Part shown: positions 24,963-35,790 of the stretch, one piece after another
How the letters are laid out: every line of letters starts with the position of its first letter
Position numbering within the stretch: the stretch's first letter is position 1
Assembly (NCBI RefSeq): GCF_009834535.1
Contig: NC_045697.1
Span: forward strand, 103,914,001 to 103,978,000
DNA from: Camelus ferus
Taxonomy: Eukaryota
Direction of reading: 5' to 3'
DNA: 64,000 nucleotides
Made by a program: the position numbers and the translations under genes
Notes under the pieces: model-generated
What the model was told of the DNA's origin: nothing
The model's input: only the letters and a program-made list of their open reading frames with translations
The model's database searches: none

Positions 24963-27339
24963 CTAGTATGAAGGCACTATCAGTTATTTGACCAATTACT
25001 TATTATTGGGTATTTAAGAGTGAATCTAGGTTTTGTTTGTTCTTTTGCTAGCATGAGGAAGAAACTTCAATAAATAGCTTTGCACCTTCAACATTTCTCA
25101 CTTATCTGATTATTTCTTCAGATAAATTTTTAGAGATGAAATTGCAAGGTCATAAAATTTTTAAAGGCTTTTGGTACATGCTGTCAAATTGCTCTTAGAT
25201 TAATTTTTTTTAACAATTTCCATTTCTTCCACCTTGTTTTACCCACAAAAACGCTGGTTATTTGTATTCTTTTAAAATTTTCATCATATGTGGTAAAATA
25301 TTAGTATGAAGTCATTGTTAATTTGCATTTCTTTGACCACTAGTGGATGCAGAACATTGTTTTAAAGTTTAGGGCTTTACAAGTGGTGACAAGCTGATTA
25401 TCCTCTGATGCTAAATTTATTCAGCCTCGTAAATTCTAGATTGTCCAAGCAAATAGCAATGAAAACATTTTTTTTTTACATGTTGTGGTAATTCATATAT
25501 ATATAAAATATAAGGTTATGGTATATACACTCAAAATTTTGGAGACAACAATATAGTCAATTTCAATTTCATAAATTTTATGGGGTGATTTTATGAACTG
25601 TTACTTCATACAGAGCTTGAGAGGTCAGAAACAAAAGCAAGATGTTTGGAAAGAAAAGCAATTTTTAGTGAAGTATTAATTAAATCTAGGGCATTTGAAT
25701 CTTTTTCTTTCTTTGATTTTCTTTGAGTTTCTTTCTTTCTTTGACCTCAATTCAGGTCATTGTTTTTAAAATATAAGAATCTCCAAATAATAACATGGCC
25801 ATATAACTCTCCAGGGCATACTTTATAATTTCTATAGTGTGTGTGTGGGAAGGAAGAGGAGATAAATACCAGTTAGGGATAACAATAATATGATGTATTC
25901 CTTGAAAAATATCCGGGTAAAGTTACTTAGGAAAGAAGGCAGTTAGAGCCTTTCACCTTAATGGAAGTTATGTTCATTTCTTTTTCTAAAGACTCCTTAT
26001 ATTTCACCTTTAAACGAGGCTCCTGATATGTCTTCTACATTTCTATACATACCATAATTTCTGTGTAGATACATTATGTCTATCCTGTGAGAGGAAAGGA
26101 AGGCCCCCAGAAGGGAAGACGTGGGAAAGAGAATAAAGATAAAGGGTCCTTAAAGGGTCCTTACTTAAAAATTAGATCAGTAGGTTTCTATGCCAGGATA
26201 TTATCAGTGTTAACCTAAAATGCAGGAGCACAAAGATATTTGTTTACTGTAACCTGGGATGCAATTTTTAATAACCACTTTTAGGGAATTTTATTAGAAA
26301 GTATGATAACCAGAAAAGGTATGATGATATGGTAGCAAATTTTTTAAGGGAGAAACTGAAACCGCAAGTAATGGTGGTACACTATGGAATGCTGTATTTC
26401 AGGCACTGTCATTTTGATAAAAAAGGAATTAGAGACCATCGTAAATACTTATACTTTCTCTGTGAGTGCTCCTCGCTGCATTATTTATGGAAGGATCTTT
26501 TATAGGTAAGAACCAGCATTTGATGCAATTGTGATTTGCATCTGTCATCGTAAAACCTTGATTTTGTTTTCAGGTTTGTTTTCAGTTTCACAAGTAAAAA
26601 TGACTCAAATTGAAATTTAAGGAGAAAGCGCTGAAGAAACCTTTTGATTAAATCTATCAGAAGGGAGACAGCAGTGTGGCTGTTTAGCATTTGATCATAA
26701 ATCCTGGTTTCTGTTGACCTTCCCAACAGGTTTATGTTTGATATATCTAATTTCCTGAAGTGTTTTCAAAGATGCGGACATTTTGATTAAAAATCTTCTC
26801 ACAAAATTTTCCGGACACCTTTTTAAGGGATCTTAAAATTAATTTAAAAAGACACTATAAGCAAAAGGCTGTTATTACAGAAAAGGTTTCAGAGGAAAAA
26901 AAATCAGTACTTGTTGTTTGGATTTAGAACTTCAAAGCTAGAATTGTTCTTATAAAAGGAAAATAAAGTTTTCTTACAGTTTATCTCATTTTTTTAATAG
27001 AGTGAGATGAGATGGGGTATTTGTAATGAAAATGGTTAAGGCAACATTTTACACCACAGTAGGAGAATCTTCTTTGTCTTTAGTATTTTTATTGTTAAAA
27101 CATATACACACAATAGATAGTCATATATGTGGAAAAAATTTAAACAATGCAGATGTATAAAAAGTAAAATTATTTCCACTTTCCCATTCCCTAGAGGTAT
27201 CACAGTTCACATTTGGGTTTAGAACGTTTAAGACCTTTTTCTGTATGTATTTAAATATATACGTGACCACAAATACACAGAATTATATTTAAATAACAAT
27301 GTGATCAGGCTGAATTTACTCTATAGTCGCAAACTTCTT

Positions 27340-29220
27340 TTCGTCTTTTGCTTTTTTAAAAGTCATATTTATTGAGTTATAATTTAATACTAAAATGTAC
27401 CTTCAAGTGTACAGTTCAATTTGAGAAATGAGAAGCGTTTATAACGTGTGCAACTGCTGCCAAAGCAAAATGCAGAACATTTCAACAGCTCCCAAGATTC
27501 CTTTTTAATAGTCACTTCCCTTTTTCTACCCCCAGCTATTCGCAGCTACTGATCTGATTTCCATTCTGTAGAACGTTATCTAAATGGAACTTTTGTGATT
27601 GGCTTCTGCCACTTAGCATTGATGTTCATCTTGTTATATTTAATAATAGTTGCTTTCATTTTATTGCTGAGTCGTATTTCATTTCACGAATATACTACAA
27701 TTTGCTAATTCATTCACCATTGATGAACATTTGGGTCATTTCCAGTTTTTGGGCTATTATGAATAAAATTGCTATAAATATTCACACACAGGTCTTTGTG
27801 TGGACACATGTTTTCATTTCTCTTAGGTAAATACCTAAGAATGGGTTGCTGGTCATGTGGTGTGTGGTTAAATTGATAAGAAACTGCTAAACTCTTTTCC
27901 AAAGCAGCTGTACAGTTTCATATTTCCATTACTGATTTTGAGAATTCTCGTTGCTCTAGCATTTGGTATGTTCAGACGTTTAAATTTTAGTCATTTCAGT
28001 AGGTGTGTAGTGATAGCTCATTGTGGTTTTAATCTGCATTTCTCTAATGACTAATGGTGCTGAGAATCTTTTCAGGTGCTCATTTGCTATATATATATAC
28101 CTTCTCTGGTGAAATGCCTGTTCAAATCTTTTGCCTATTTCTTAAATTGCATTCTTTATCTTGTTACTGAGTTATAACAGTTCTTTATATAATATCAATA
28201 CAAATTCTTATCAGACAGATATTTCGCAAATATTTTCTCCTGTTCCTAAATTTCCTTTACGTTTGTTGATGGCTTCCTTTGCTGTACAGAAGCTTTTTAG
28301 TTTGAAGTAGTCTCATTGTTTATTTTGCTTTTGTTTTGTTGCCTTTGCTTTCGTGTCAATTCCAAAAAATTCATCATTAAGACTGACGTCAAGGAGCTTA
28401 CCCACTGTGTTTTCTTCTAGGAGTTTTATGATTTCAAGTCTTGCATTGAACTTTTAATCCATTTAAAGTTAAGTTTGGTGTCTGGTGTAAGACAGTGATT
28501 CAGTTTCATTCTTTTGCGCATGCCTGTCCAGTCTTATTGGAGCGACTTACTGGACTGCCTGTCTTATTGGATACACTTGGAACACTTATTGGAGCATCTT
28601 ACATTTATAACAATCTATTTTAAACTAATAACAACTTAAATTCAAATGCTATGCTTTGTCCTTTTCCTACTACGTTTTCTTTCTCTTTTTCTTCTGTTCC
28701 CTTTCTTGTGTCTCCTTTTCTTCTTTTCCCTTTTTTCTTTCTTCTCTGTTCTTTACGAATCTTTTTAAAAAATAATTTGTGTTTTATGAGCATTAGCTTT
28801 TGTTGTTGTTGTAAATCCTTCTCCTGCTCTGTTATTGGTGTTTTAACTTTGTTCAGTTAACTTTTCACTCTATGAATATTTTTAATGTAGTCACATATGT
28901 TGTAGTCATTGTTTATTCTGCACCTGACCTTGATTTTTTAATTAGGAAGGTGTTCCCCAAACACAGTCCTCTATTTGATTCTGGGTTACTTATAATTCTA
29001 TCTGATTAGATGATGTAAGGTAGGGAACACATTACAGATTTTGCTCCTTTAAAGATAAACAATGGTTTCAGCACATCAATTACATATGCCATCCTTTCCC
29101 AATTGTTTTGAAATACCATCTTTATCATAAATTAAATTTTTATATATAACTGTGGCTGTTTCTGAGTGTTCTTTGTTCCATTGACCTGTTGGTCTGTTCC
29201 TGACCAGCACTACACTTTAA
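27340..29220 (-). mobile_element. Old L1 fragments (L1MB/L1ME-like) with an embedded younger L1 piece (about 28250-28650)
   Basis: Antisense L1 3'UTR and ORF2. The reverse complement of 28261-28530 aligns by eye to 56365-56640 in this window. Confidence 0.75.
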
Positions 29221-29297
29221 ATGCTTGTTTAAATACCTGTTTCTGGCTAAAACAGGAAACTTCTGGAAAAAGGAGACCTGGAGATTGCTATAGAAGG

Positions 29298-29632
29298 TGT
29301 CAAAAGAGATGCTCAGACATTGAAACGTTTTAAAGAGATATTTAAGCAAAAATCAACCTGAATCATGGCAAACTGGAAGATTTTAGGAGCACTCCACTGA
29401 CAGGAGCTAGATGCAAGACTTTTATAAAAGCAAGGAAACTATTTGATTAGCTACAGCTCAAGTAGTTGCTTTATTTGGAAAATCCTAGTTGGTTGTTTAT
29501 GATTGACTGTCTCTAGATTTTGATTTCTTAACCTTGAGGCATGTATAGGCTTAGGTTTTGGCTTGCTTATGCAGGCCACTGAGATATTAGAACCACCTTC
29601 ATCTAATGGCCTTCTTGTTTGTTAATTTAACA
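29298..29632 (-). mobile_element. Solo ERV1-class LTR (MER93/MER57-like)
   Basis: TG...CA termini; 4-bp TSD AAGG at 29294-29297 and 29633-29636; minus strand begins TGTTAAATTAACAAACAAGAAGGCCATTAG. Confidence 0.8.
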
Positions 29633-30282
29633 AAGGTGTCTTCTTAGAGAACTCCCTTAACCACTTTATTTCTCTGTCTCAACATTTTGCAAGACTTGAG
29701 GGAGATATCTGGGGTTTCCTTAAAGAGATAAAGATACTTTAATTCTGATCTTAGGGCAAAACAAAACATGGAAGTCTGTGTGTATGGCAAAAAATAATTC
29801 AGGAGTCAGCAATGCTGTGCAAATTGGTGCTAGTGATTTAATAAACAACAAAGGATGACTATTCTATGTTTCCATATACTCATCTACAGTTTTTGGTGTT
29901 TGCACTGAATCATCTCCTTGAGCAGAATGCTGATGCTTCACTAGCACGTGGAAGCAGTGTGACTCCACACTGCAGTGTTCTAGGGTTAGCCCCAATCTTT
30001 AATCATGAGGAATTCAAAGGAACTAGAATTAAAGTGTATGTTGACCAAGGTTAAGTGTGAGCAAAAGTCTTTATTTTTGGTAAAGTACTTCATTTATGGA
30101 TTCCCCTAGACCTGCAAATCTCTAGAAATTGTACACTTGATTATTTCAGCGATGCCCCCTCATTTTGTAAGGCATATTAGGGGGAGGGACTGAGACTGAA
30201 GGATTTTCATAGTCTTTTTAAAGTTGGTAAGGAGACATGACATACTATCAGTTAAAGTATCATAAAATACACTTTAACATAG

Positions 30283-31195
30283 TGTGATGTTGTAATATAA
30301 TAAGAAATACATATGTGGTCTCCATCTCTGGTTTCTGGCACAGAGCTCCTAATGTAATACAGTAAATTAACACTAGTTTTTTGTCCCTGGCAACTCCGGA
30401 GAGAAGGATAAGTTGAATAAAGCATCTTTTGTCATTAATAACAAGACCCTCTCAACCATGCTTCCATTTATGTTAATAAGGTGACTTTTGGAAAGCCCAT
30501 GAGAACTGGGGGGCGGGTGCTGGTTTCCAAGGGAGCCAACCATGTGATTAGAGGCTTGGAACTTCCGGCTCTACACCCTGACCTCTGGGGAGGGAGAGGT
30601 TGGAGGCCGAGTTAATCCCTAATCATCAATGATTCAACCAACATGCCTAGGTAATAAAGCCTCCATAAGAAGCCTAACTGAAAGTTTGGGGAGCTCCTGG
30701 ATTGGTGAATGAACTGCGGTCTGGGAGGGTGCCCCACCTTGGGAGGGCACAGCAGCTCTGCACCCCTTCCCCATACCTTGCCCTGTGTGTCTCTTTTACT
30801 TGTCTGCCCATCTGTATCTTTGTTATATTCTTTGTACTAAACTGGCAAGTGTAAGTACCCGTTTCTCTGAGTTCTGTGAACTGTTATAGCAAATTACAGA
30901 AGTTGAAGTGGGGGTTGTGGGAATCCTCGGTTTGTAGCCAACTCAGCCAGAAGTACAAGTGACAACTTGGGACTTGCAATTGGCATATGAAGTGGGGGAC
31001 AGTCTCGTGGAACTGATCCCTTAATCTGTTAGCAGAGTCTGTGCTAACTCCTGGCTCTTAGTGTCAGAATTAAGTTGAATTGTAAGACATTCCAGTCCGT
31101 GTCTGCTGAGAACTGGAGAATTGCTTGGTGTGGAAAAACACACACATTTGGTGTCAGAAGTGGTATAAGCAGAGGAAACAGTTTCCCTTTACTGA
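30283..31195 (+). mobile_element. Solo LTR, MER21-like
   Basis: Starts TGTGATGTTGTAATATAATAAGAAATAC...CTGGCACAGAGCTCCTAA and ends GGTGTGGAAAAACACACACATTTGGTGTCAGAAGTG. Confidence 0.8.
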
Positions 31196-31786
31196 GGTAA
31201 AGCAAACTGTTTTGAATATTGCTTACCAATATACTAGTCTTTATTGCCTATAATCCTTTCATTTATGTTGAAAAGCTTCAAGGGAATTTTAGCAGATTTT
31301 TTCCTATATTTATCCACCACAGATTCTCTTAAGCTTAAAATGATCTTCTCATTAGACAGAACCACATGTTGACTCTATAGTAGCACTCTTTCTTGTAGAA
31401 TAGTGGATAAGAGGGAAATCTTACAGTTCATTTTATAGATAATTATTGACATTTCTAGGTCTTTGGCATATATTTTTGATGTTTAAACATGGATTTGGAT
31501 GTCTTAGACTAAATTTGTAGTAGGAAATTGCCATACAAAATCCAATGAAAACACAGTCATAGTTTTATTATAATTCTATCTGTATTATTTGTAACATACC
31601 CTTATTATAGGGATGTAATTGAAGATGAAGCTGATATGATAATGTTCTTCTTGCACAGCTGACTGAGTCAAAAGCTGGTTTAAGTCTCATTTTTTTTGAT
31701 TATCTGGAAATCTGAAATAAAATACATTATAAAATTAAATTTTATACTGGGCTAGAAAGTAAAAGACACTTGCTTTTAAGATATTA

Positions 31787-32011
31787 CAGTTGACCCTTGA
31801 ACAACAAGGGTTGGAACTGCAGGGGTCCACTTCTATGTGGATTTTTTTCAATGGTAACTACTACAGTACTACATGATCTGTGTCTGGTTGAATCCATTGA
31901 TGCAGAACTCAGGATACAGAGGAACCAAGGGCTGGATATCAATTATATGCATATTTTTTACTTCAAGGAGGGTCCGCACCCCCAACCTCCAAGTTCTTCA
32001 AGGAGTAATTT
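31787..32011. mobile_element. Tigger2-derived MITE (MER8-like, TcMar)
   Basis: TA followed by the TIR CAGTTGACCCTTGAACAAC; degraded inverse TIR GTTCTTCAAGGAGTAATT about 225 bp later. Confidence 0.8.
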
Positions 32012-32439
32012 TCCGACACTGCTTAAAACATTAAAACTATTCAAACTTGTGTAATATTTAAAAGTAAATCTTTGATTTGTTTAAAAACAGTGTTTTGGTA
32101 TTAGTTTATCAAGTTAGATGAAGTTGCTCCTTTTGTGTTTAGAGAATTGCATTATACTTAGTATCTTGCATAATGTGGATACATAGAAACTTTAACTTGA
32201 TTTACCATACCCATTGAGATCTTCTGAGTGCTCTGAGGTTTGACATAAACCTTCCATTGTGGATCTTCTAGACTCTCCTAAAGGAAAAAAAAGAGGTATA
32301 AATTTAATGGTTTATCACAAGTACAGTTGACAGTTATTTTATTTTGAGTTTGAACCTGGGAATCCCTTTTCAGGGATATCTACCCCTATCACCTGTATGA
32401 TAAAAGCGAAAATATCACCTGTGTCACCAGGGAAGGTTA

Positions 32440-32940
32440 TGAGTGGTCAAAGATGGCCTCATGATATCTCTCACTCTACATGTTCCTCAATAGTGTGACC
32501 TTACCACACCCCCTTGAAAAGGTGGAATCTAACTCCTGCCATCTTAAAATTAGGTTAGGCTTAGGACTCTTTTGTAATCAACAGCATGTGGAAGAAGTAA
32601 CTACATGACTTGTAAAGCTAGATCAGAAAAGGCCACGCAGCTTCCATCTGGCTCTCTCAGGATGCTTGCTTTGGAAGAATCCAGTCACCATATAGGAAGT
32701 CCTACCACCCTGAGATTGCTATCCTGGAAAGGCCATGTACTGATGATCCAGTTGACAGTCCCAGCTGAGCCCAGCCTTCCAGCCATCCCACCAGAGCTCC
32801 AGTCTGTGAGTCAAGTTGTCTTGGTCCTTCAAACCTGCCCATCTGTCAGCTGAGTATCATCACTGGGTAACCTCAACTGATGTCTAACCAAGGCATGCTC
32901 AAATTCCTAACCCACAGAGTTACTGTGATGTATGAAATGG
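32440..32940 (+). mobile_element. MaLR LTR (MLT1F/G-like)
   Basis: CAAAGATGGCC...GGTGGAATCT...AAAAGGCCACGCAGCTTCC...CCCAGCTGAGCCCAGCCTTCCAGCCATCC. Confidence 0.7.
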
Positions 32941-33129
32941 CACCTAGAACAGTCACTGCTTGGGAATAAGATGACTTGTTACTAATTGTCAGAAGGACAA
33001 TTAATTCAGAGAGCAATATAAAGTATCCAAATGATCAAATAAGATATGGGAAGTTTGTATATAATTAGACATGTTAATTTGTTACTTAATTTTTATATCT
33101 GCCCTTCTCCTTTTGACTTGAATGCACCG

Positions 33130-35200
33130 GGACTTATCTAATAGGATGCTCTTTACCCTTGCTTATGACAGACCTCCAGGTCCCCGTCATTCCCTGAGTT
33201 CTACTTTTTGTAACGCTCTACAAATTTCCTATTTTGTTCCCATCTACCCACCACAACTCTTGAAACATTTCCACTGTATTCTCACTCTATTTTCTGAAGT
33301 CCCCTTTACATTCTGGATCTAACAGAAACTTGACTGTCCTTTGAGGACACTGACAGCCTAGAAGCCCTTTTTGTTTTTCTTTTCCTCAGTCCTGTTACCA
33401 TTGGACTTGGAGGTCGGAGGTGTCCTCCTCCCTACTGCATCTCTTTCAGGGCATTTGCCTTCTCCTTTTCCCTTCCTAAAACTTACATTATCCGTTTATA
33501 TAATCAACTATTGCTGCGATCGACCTACAACTGGTGTCATTCTCAGCTGATTTTATCATTGGCTCATTGTCACTTTCCCACCACTTTCTTAATTTAGCAA
33601 TTTAAATGTGCATGTAGAAGATTCTTTCACCCTGGGTCTCAATTCCTTGAACTCTGTGCTTTTAGATCTTGTCCTTTACCTTACTGCAGCCATTAATTCC
33701 CATGCTCACTCTTAGACTTTGTCATCACCAGTAACTGCAAGCCCCTCTCCAACTCAGTTTCCTGCATTCAGCTAGTTGACTGCGAGCTTTTACCCTTTCT
33801 GGATAACTCCCTCTATTACCCCAACACCAGCAATTCCTTAGCCCCACTGGAACTTCCAATTCTACCATCTTTTCATTGTTCCTCCCTATTTTGATTTCTT
33901 CTTTCTCCTCTTCATACCATTTAAATTCCATGGTCACTCATGGTTTGCATATAGGCTGACTTCTTTGTCCTTTTCTCACTTTGTCATACTCGCTTGACTA
34001 GTATAACCCTAGTTAAATCCAACTGTCTGCCTAGTCCTCTCCTATATGTTAAGGCTCAGTGTGGTTGGAAAACAAACCAATGGTCCTCACTTAAAATTCA
34101 CGGTCACAGAGAATGTTGTATTTTGACAGGGGCGGCACTGGATCTGTAGATTGCTTTCAGTAGTAAGGCCATTTTGATAATGTTGATTCTTCCAATCCAA
34201 GAGAACAAGGTATCTTTCCATTTCTTTGTATCATCTTCAATTTCCTTCATCAATGTTTTACAGTTTTCACAGCATAGGTAACCTCTTTGGTTAAGTTTAT
34301 TTCTAGGTACTTTGTTGTTTTTGATGCAATGGAAATGTTATGCCAGTTATAAAATTCTCGTTTTCAAAGTGAAAAAAAAAAAGTGAGTGAAGGACTACAA
34401 ATGGCAAAATATCCTTCTTTCTTATGGGTGAGTTGTTGTCCATTACATTTTTATGCTGCATTTCTTTATCCATTCATCTACTGATGTGCACTAAGGATGC
34501 TTCCGTATCTTGGCACTTATAAATAATGTTGCTGTTAATAGTGGGGTGTATTTTTTGAATTAATTCTTATTTTGTGGTTGGCTTCATTCCTTTGATAACT
34601 ATGTAAGTTTAAAAAGCTAAAGCTCTAAACGTTCTTAGAAACAATGAACAGTACATACATGTAAATTTAAAAAATAGGTGCAGTATATTGTGTATATGTA
34701 TTTATATGCAATATAGTGTGTACATGCAGTCAAATTGTAACAATTCTGCCTAATAAACTGAAAAATGAAAACAAAATTCATGGTCACAGACATTAGGAAG
34801 CCCTTAATACTTTCAGGCCATCCTATTAAACATTTCGAGTCCATTCATTCTTCTGCTTTCCTAGATGACTGATTTACTCTTTCTTCCATTTTCTCAAACC
34901 TCCAACCTTCCATATGCATCATTATTCTCAGCTGATTCTTTATTTTCCAGTTTCAGAGAGGAAATAAAACATAGCTGGAAAAGGCTTCCACAGGCTCTGT
35001 GTCAAGAGTTACTGACTTACTTGTTCCTGTTGGATACACTCCGTATTCCCCATGCTCCCATCTAAGGCCAACTCCTCTCCTTCTTTGCTAGGTCTCTTCC
35101 TCTCTTGCCTACACAAGACATGGCTCCAGTAATTCCTTCTGCCTTTCACTTATCAGGTTTTTTGCTTTTTGCACTCTACTAGATCTTCCCCTTCAGCATA
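33130..35200 (+). mobile_element. L2 body fragment, interrupted at 34111-34772
   Basis: C/T-rich L2 ORF-like sequence; 33960-34110 is homologous to the reverse complement of 49080-49260. Confidence 0.7.
34111..34772 (+). mobile_element. L1-mediated retro-insert of a polyadenylated RNA (antisense L1 pieces plus unique sequence)
   Basis: 18-bp TSD AAAATTCAYGGTCACAGA at 34093-34110 and 34773-34790; AATAAA at about 34752 followed by a decayed A-tail. Confidence 0.75.
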
Positions 35201-35204
35201 TACA

Positions 35205-35790
35205 TATTTGGTTGAAGTTCTCACCAATGAATGTGGACAGAATGATACATCCTCCTCCAGGTCTGAGTGTTAGGCATTGGGTATCCATTGTCCCTGAAGC
35301 ATTCCTGTTTCCTCAATCTTGAACATGGAAAACTATGATTTCGTTTCTACCATGCAGACAATGACAACATCCAAGTCAACGGTTCTCAGTGGGGATGGCT
35401 TTGCTCCACAGGGAAGATTTGGACATATCTGGAGATATTTTTGTTGTCAACACTGGTAGGTGTAAGTGCTCTTGGCATCTAGTGGGTAGAGGGCAGGGAT
35501 GCTGTTAAATACCCTACAGTGCTCATGACAGCCATTCCCCATGCTTCTCCTCAACAACAAAAAAATCATCTAGTTCAAAATTTCAATAGTGCAATATTGA
35601 GAAACCCTGCCCTAGGGGATGGTGGAGCAATAAGATGGAAGGTCATGGCCCCATGAATGCCTGTGGGACTACCTTGTAAATGTCAACGGCTCACTTCAGG
35701 ATTGCGGGAGAAACAAACTTCTATACTCTTAAGCTACTGTACTTTTGGGACTCTGAAATAGAAGCTTAGCCTTTACCTTAACTAATATAT
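35205..35790 (+). mobile_element. MaLR LTR (MLT1J-like), split by MER20
   Basis: CTAGGGGATGGTGGAGCAATAAGATGGAAG and AAACTTCTATACTCTTAAGCTACTG...CCTTAACTAATA. Confidence 0.65.
35377..35609. mobile_element. MER20 (hAT-Charlie MITE)
   Basis: CAACGGTTCTCA...GGCATCTAGTGGGTAGAGGGCAGGGATGCTG...TTGAGAAACCCTG. Confidence 0.85.

Noticed and set aside
26140..26161. Tandem duplication TAAAGGGTCCT x2
   Set aside because: Ordinary slippage microduplication.
28531..28595. Short spaced repeats as a CRISPR-like array
   Set aside because: Repeats are only about 9-11 bp with irregular spacing, in mammalian L1 context with no cas genes.
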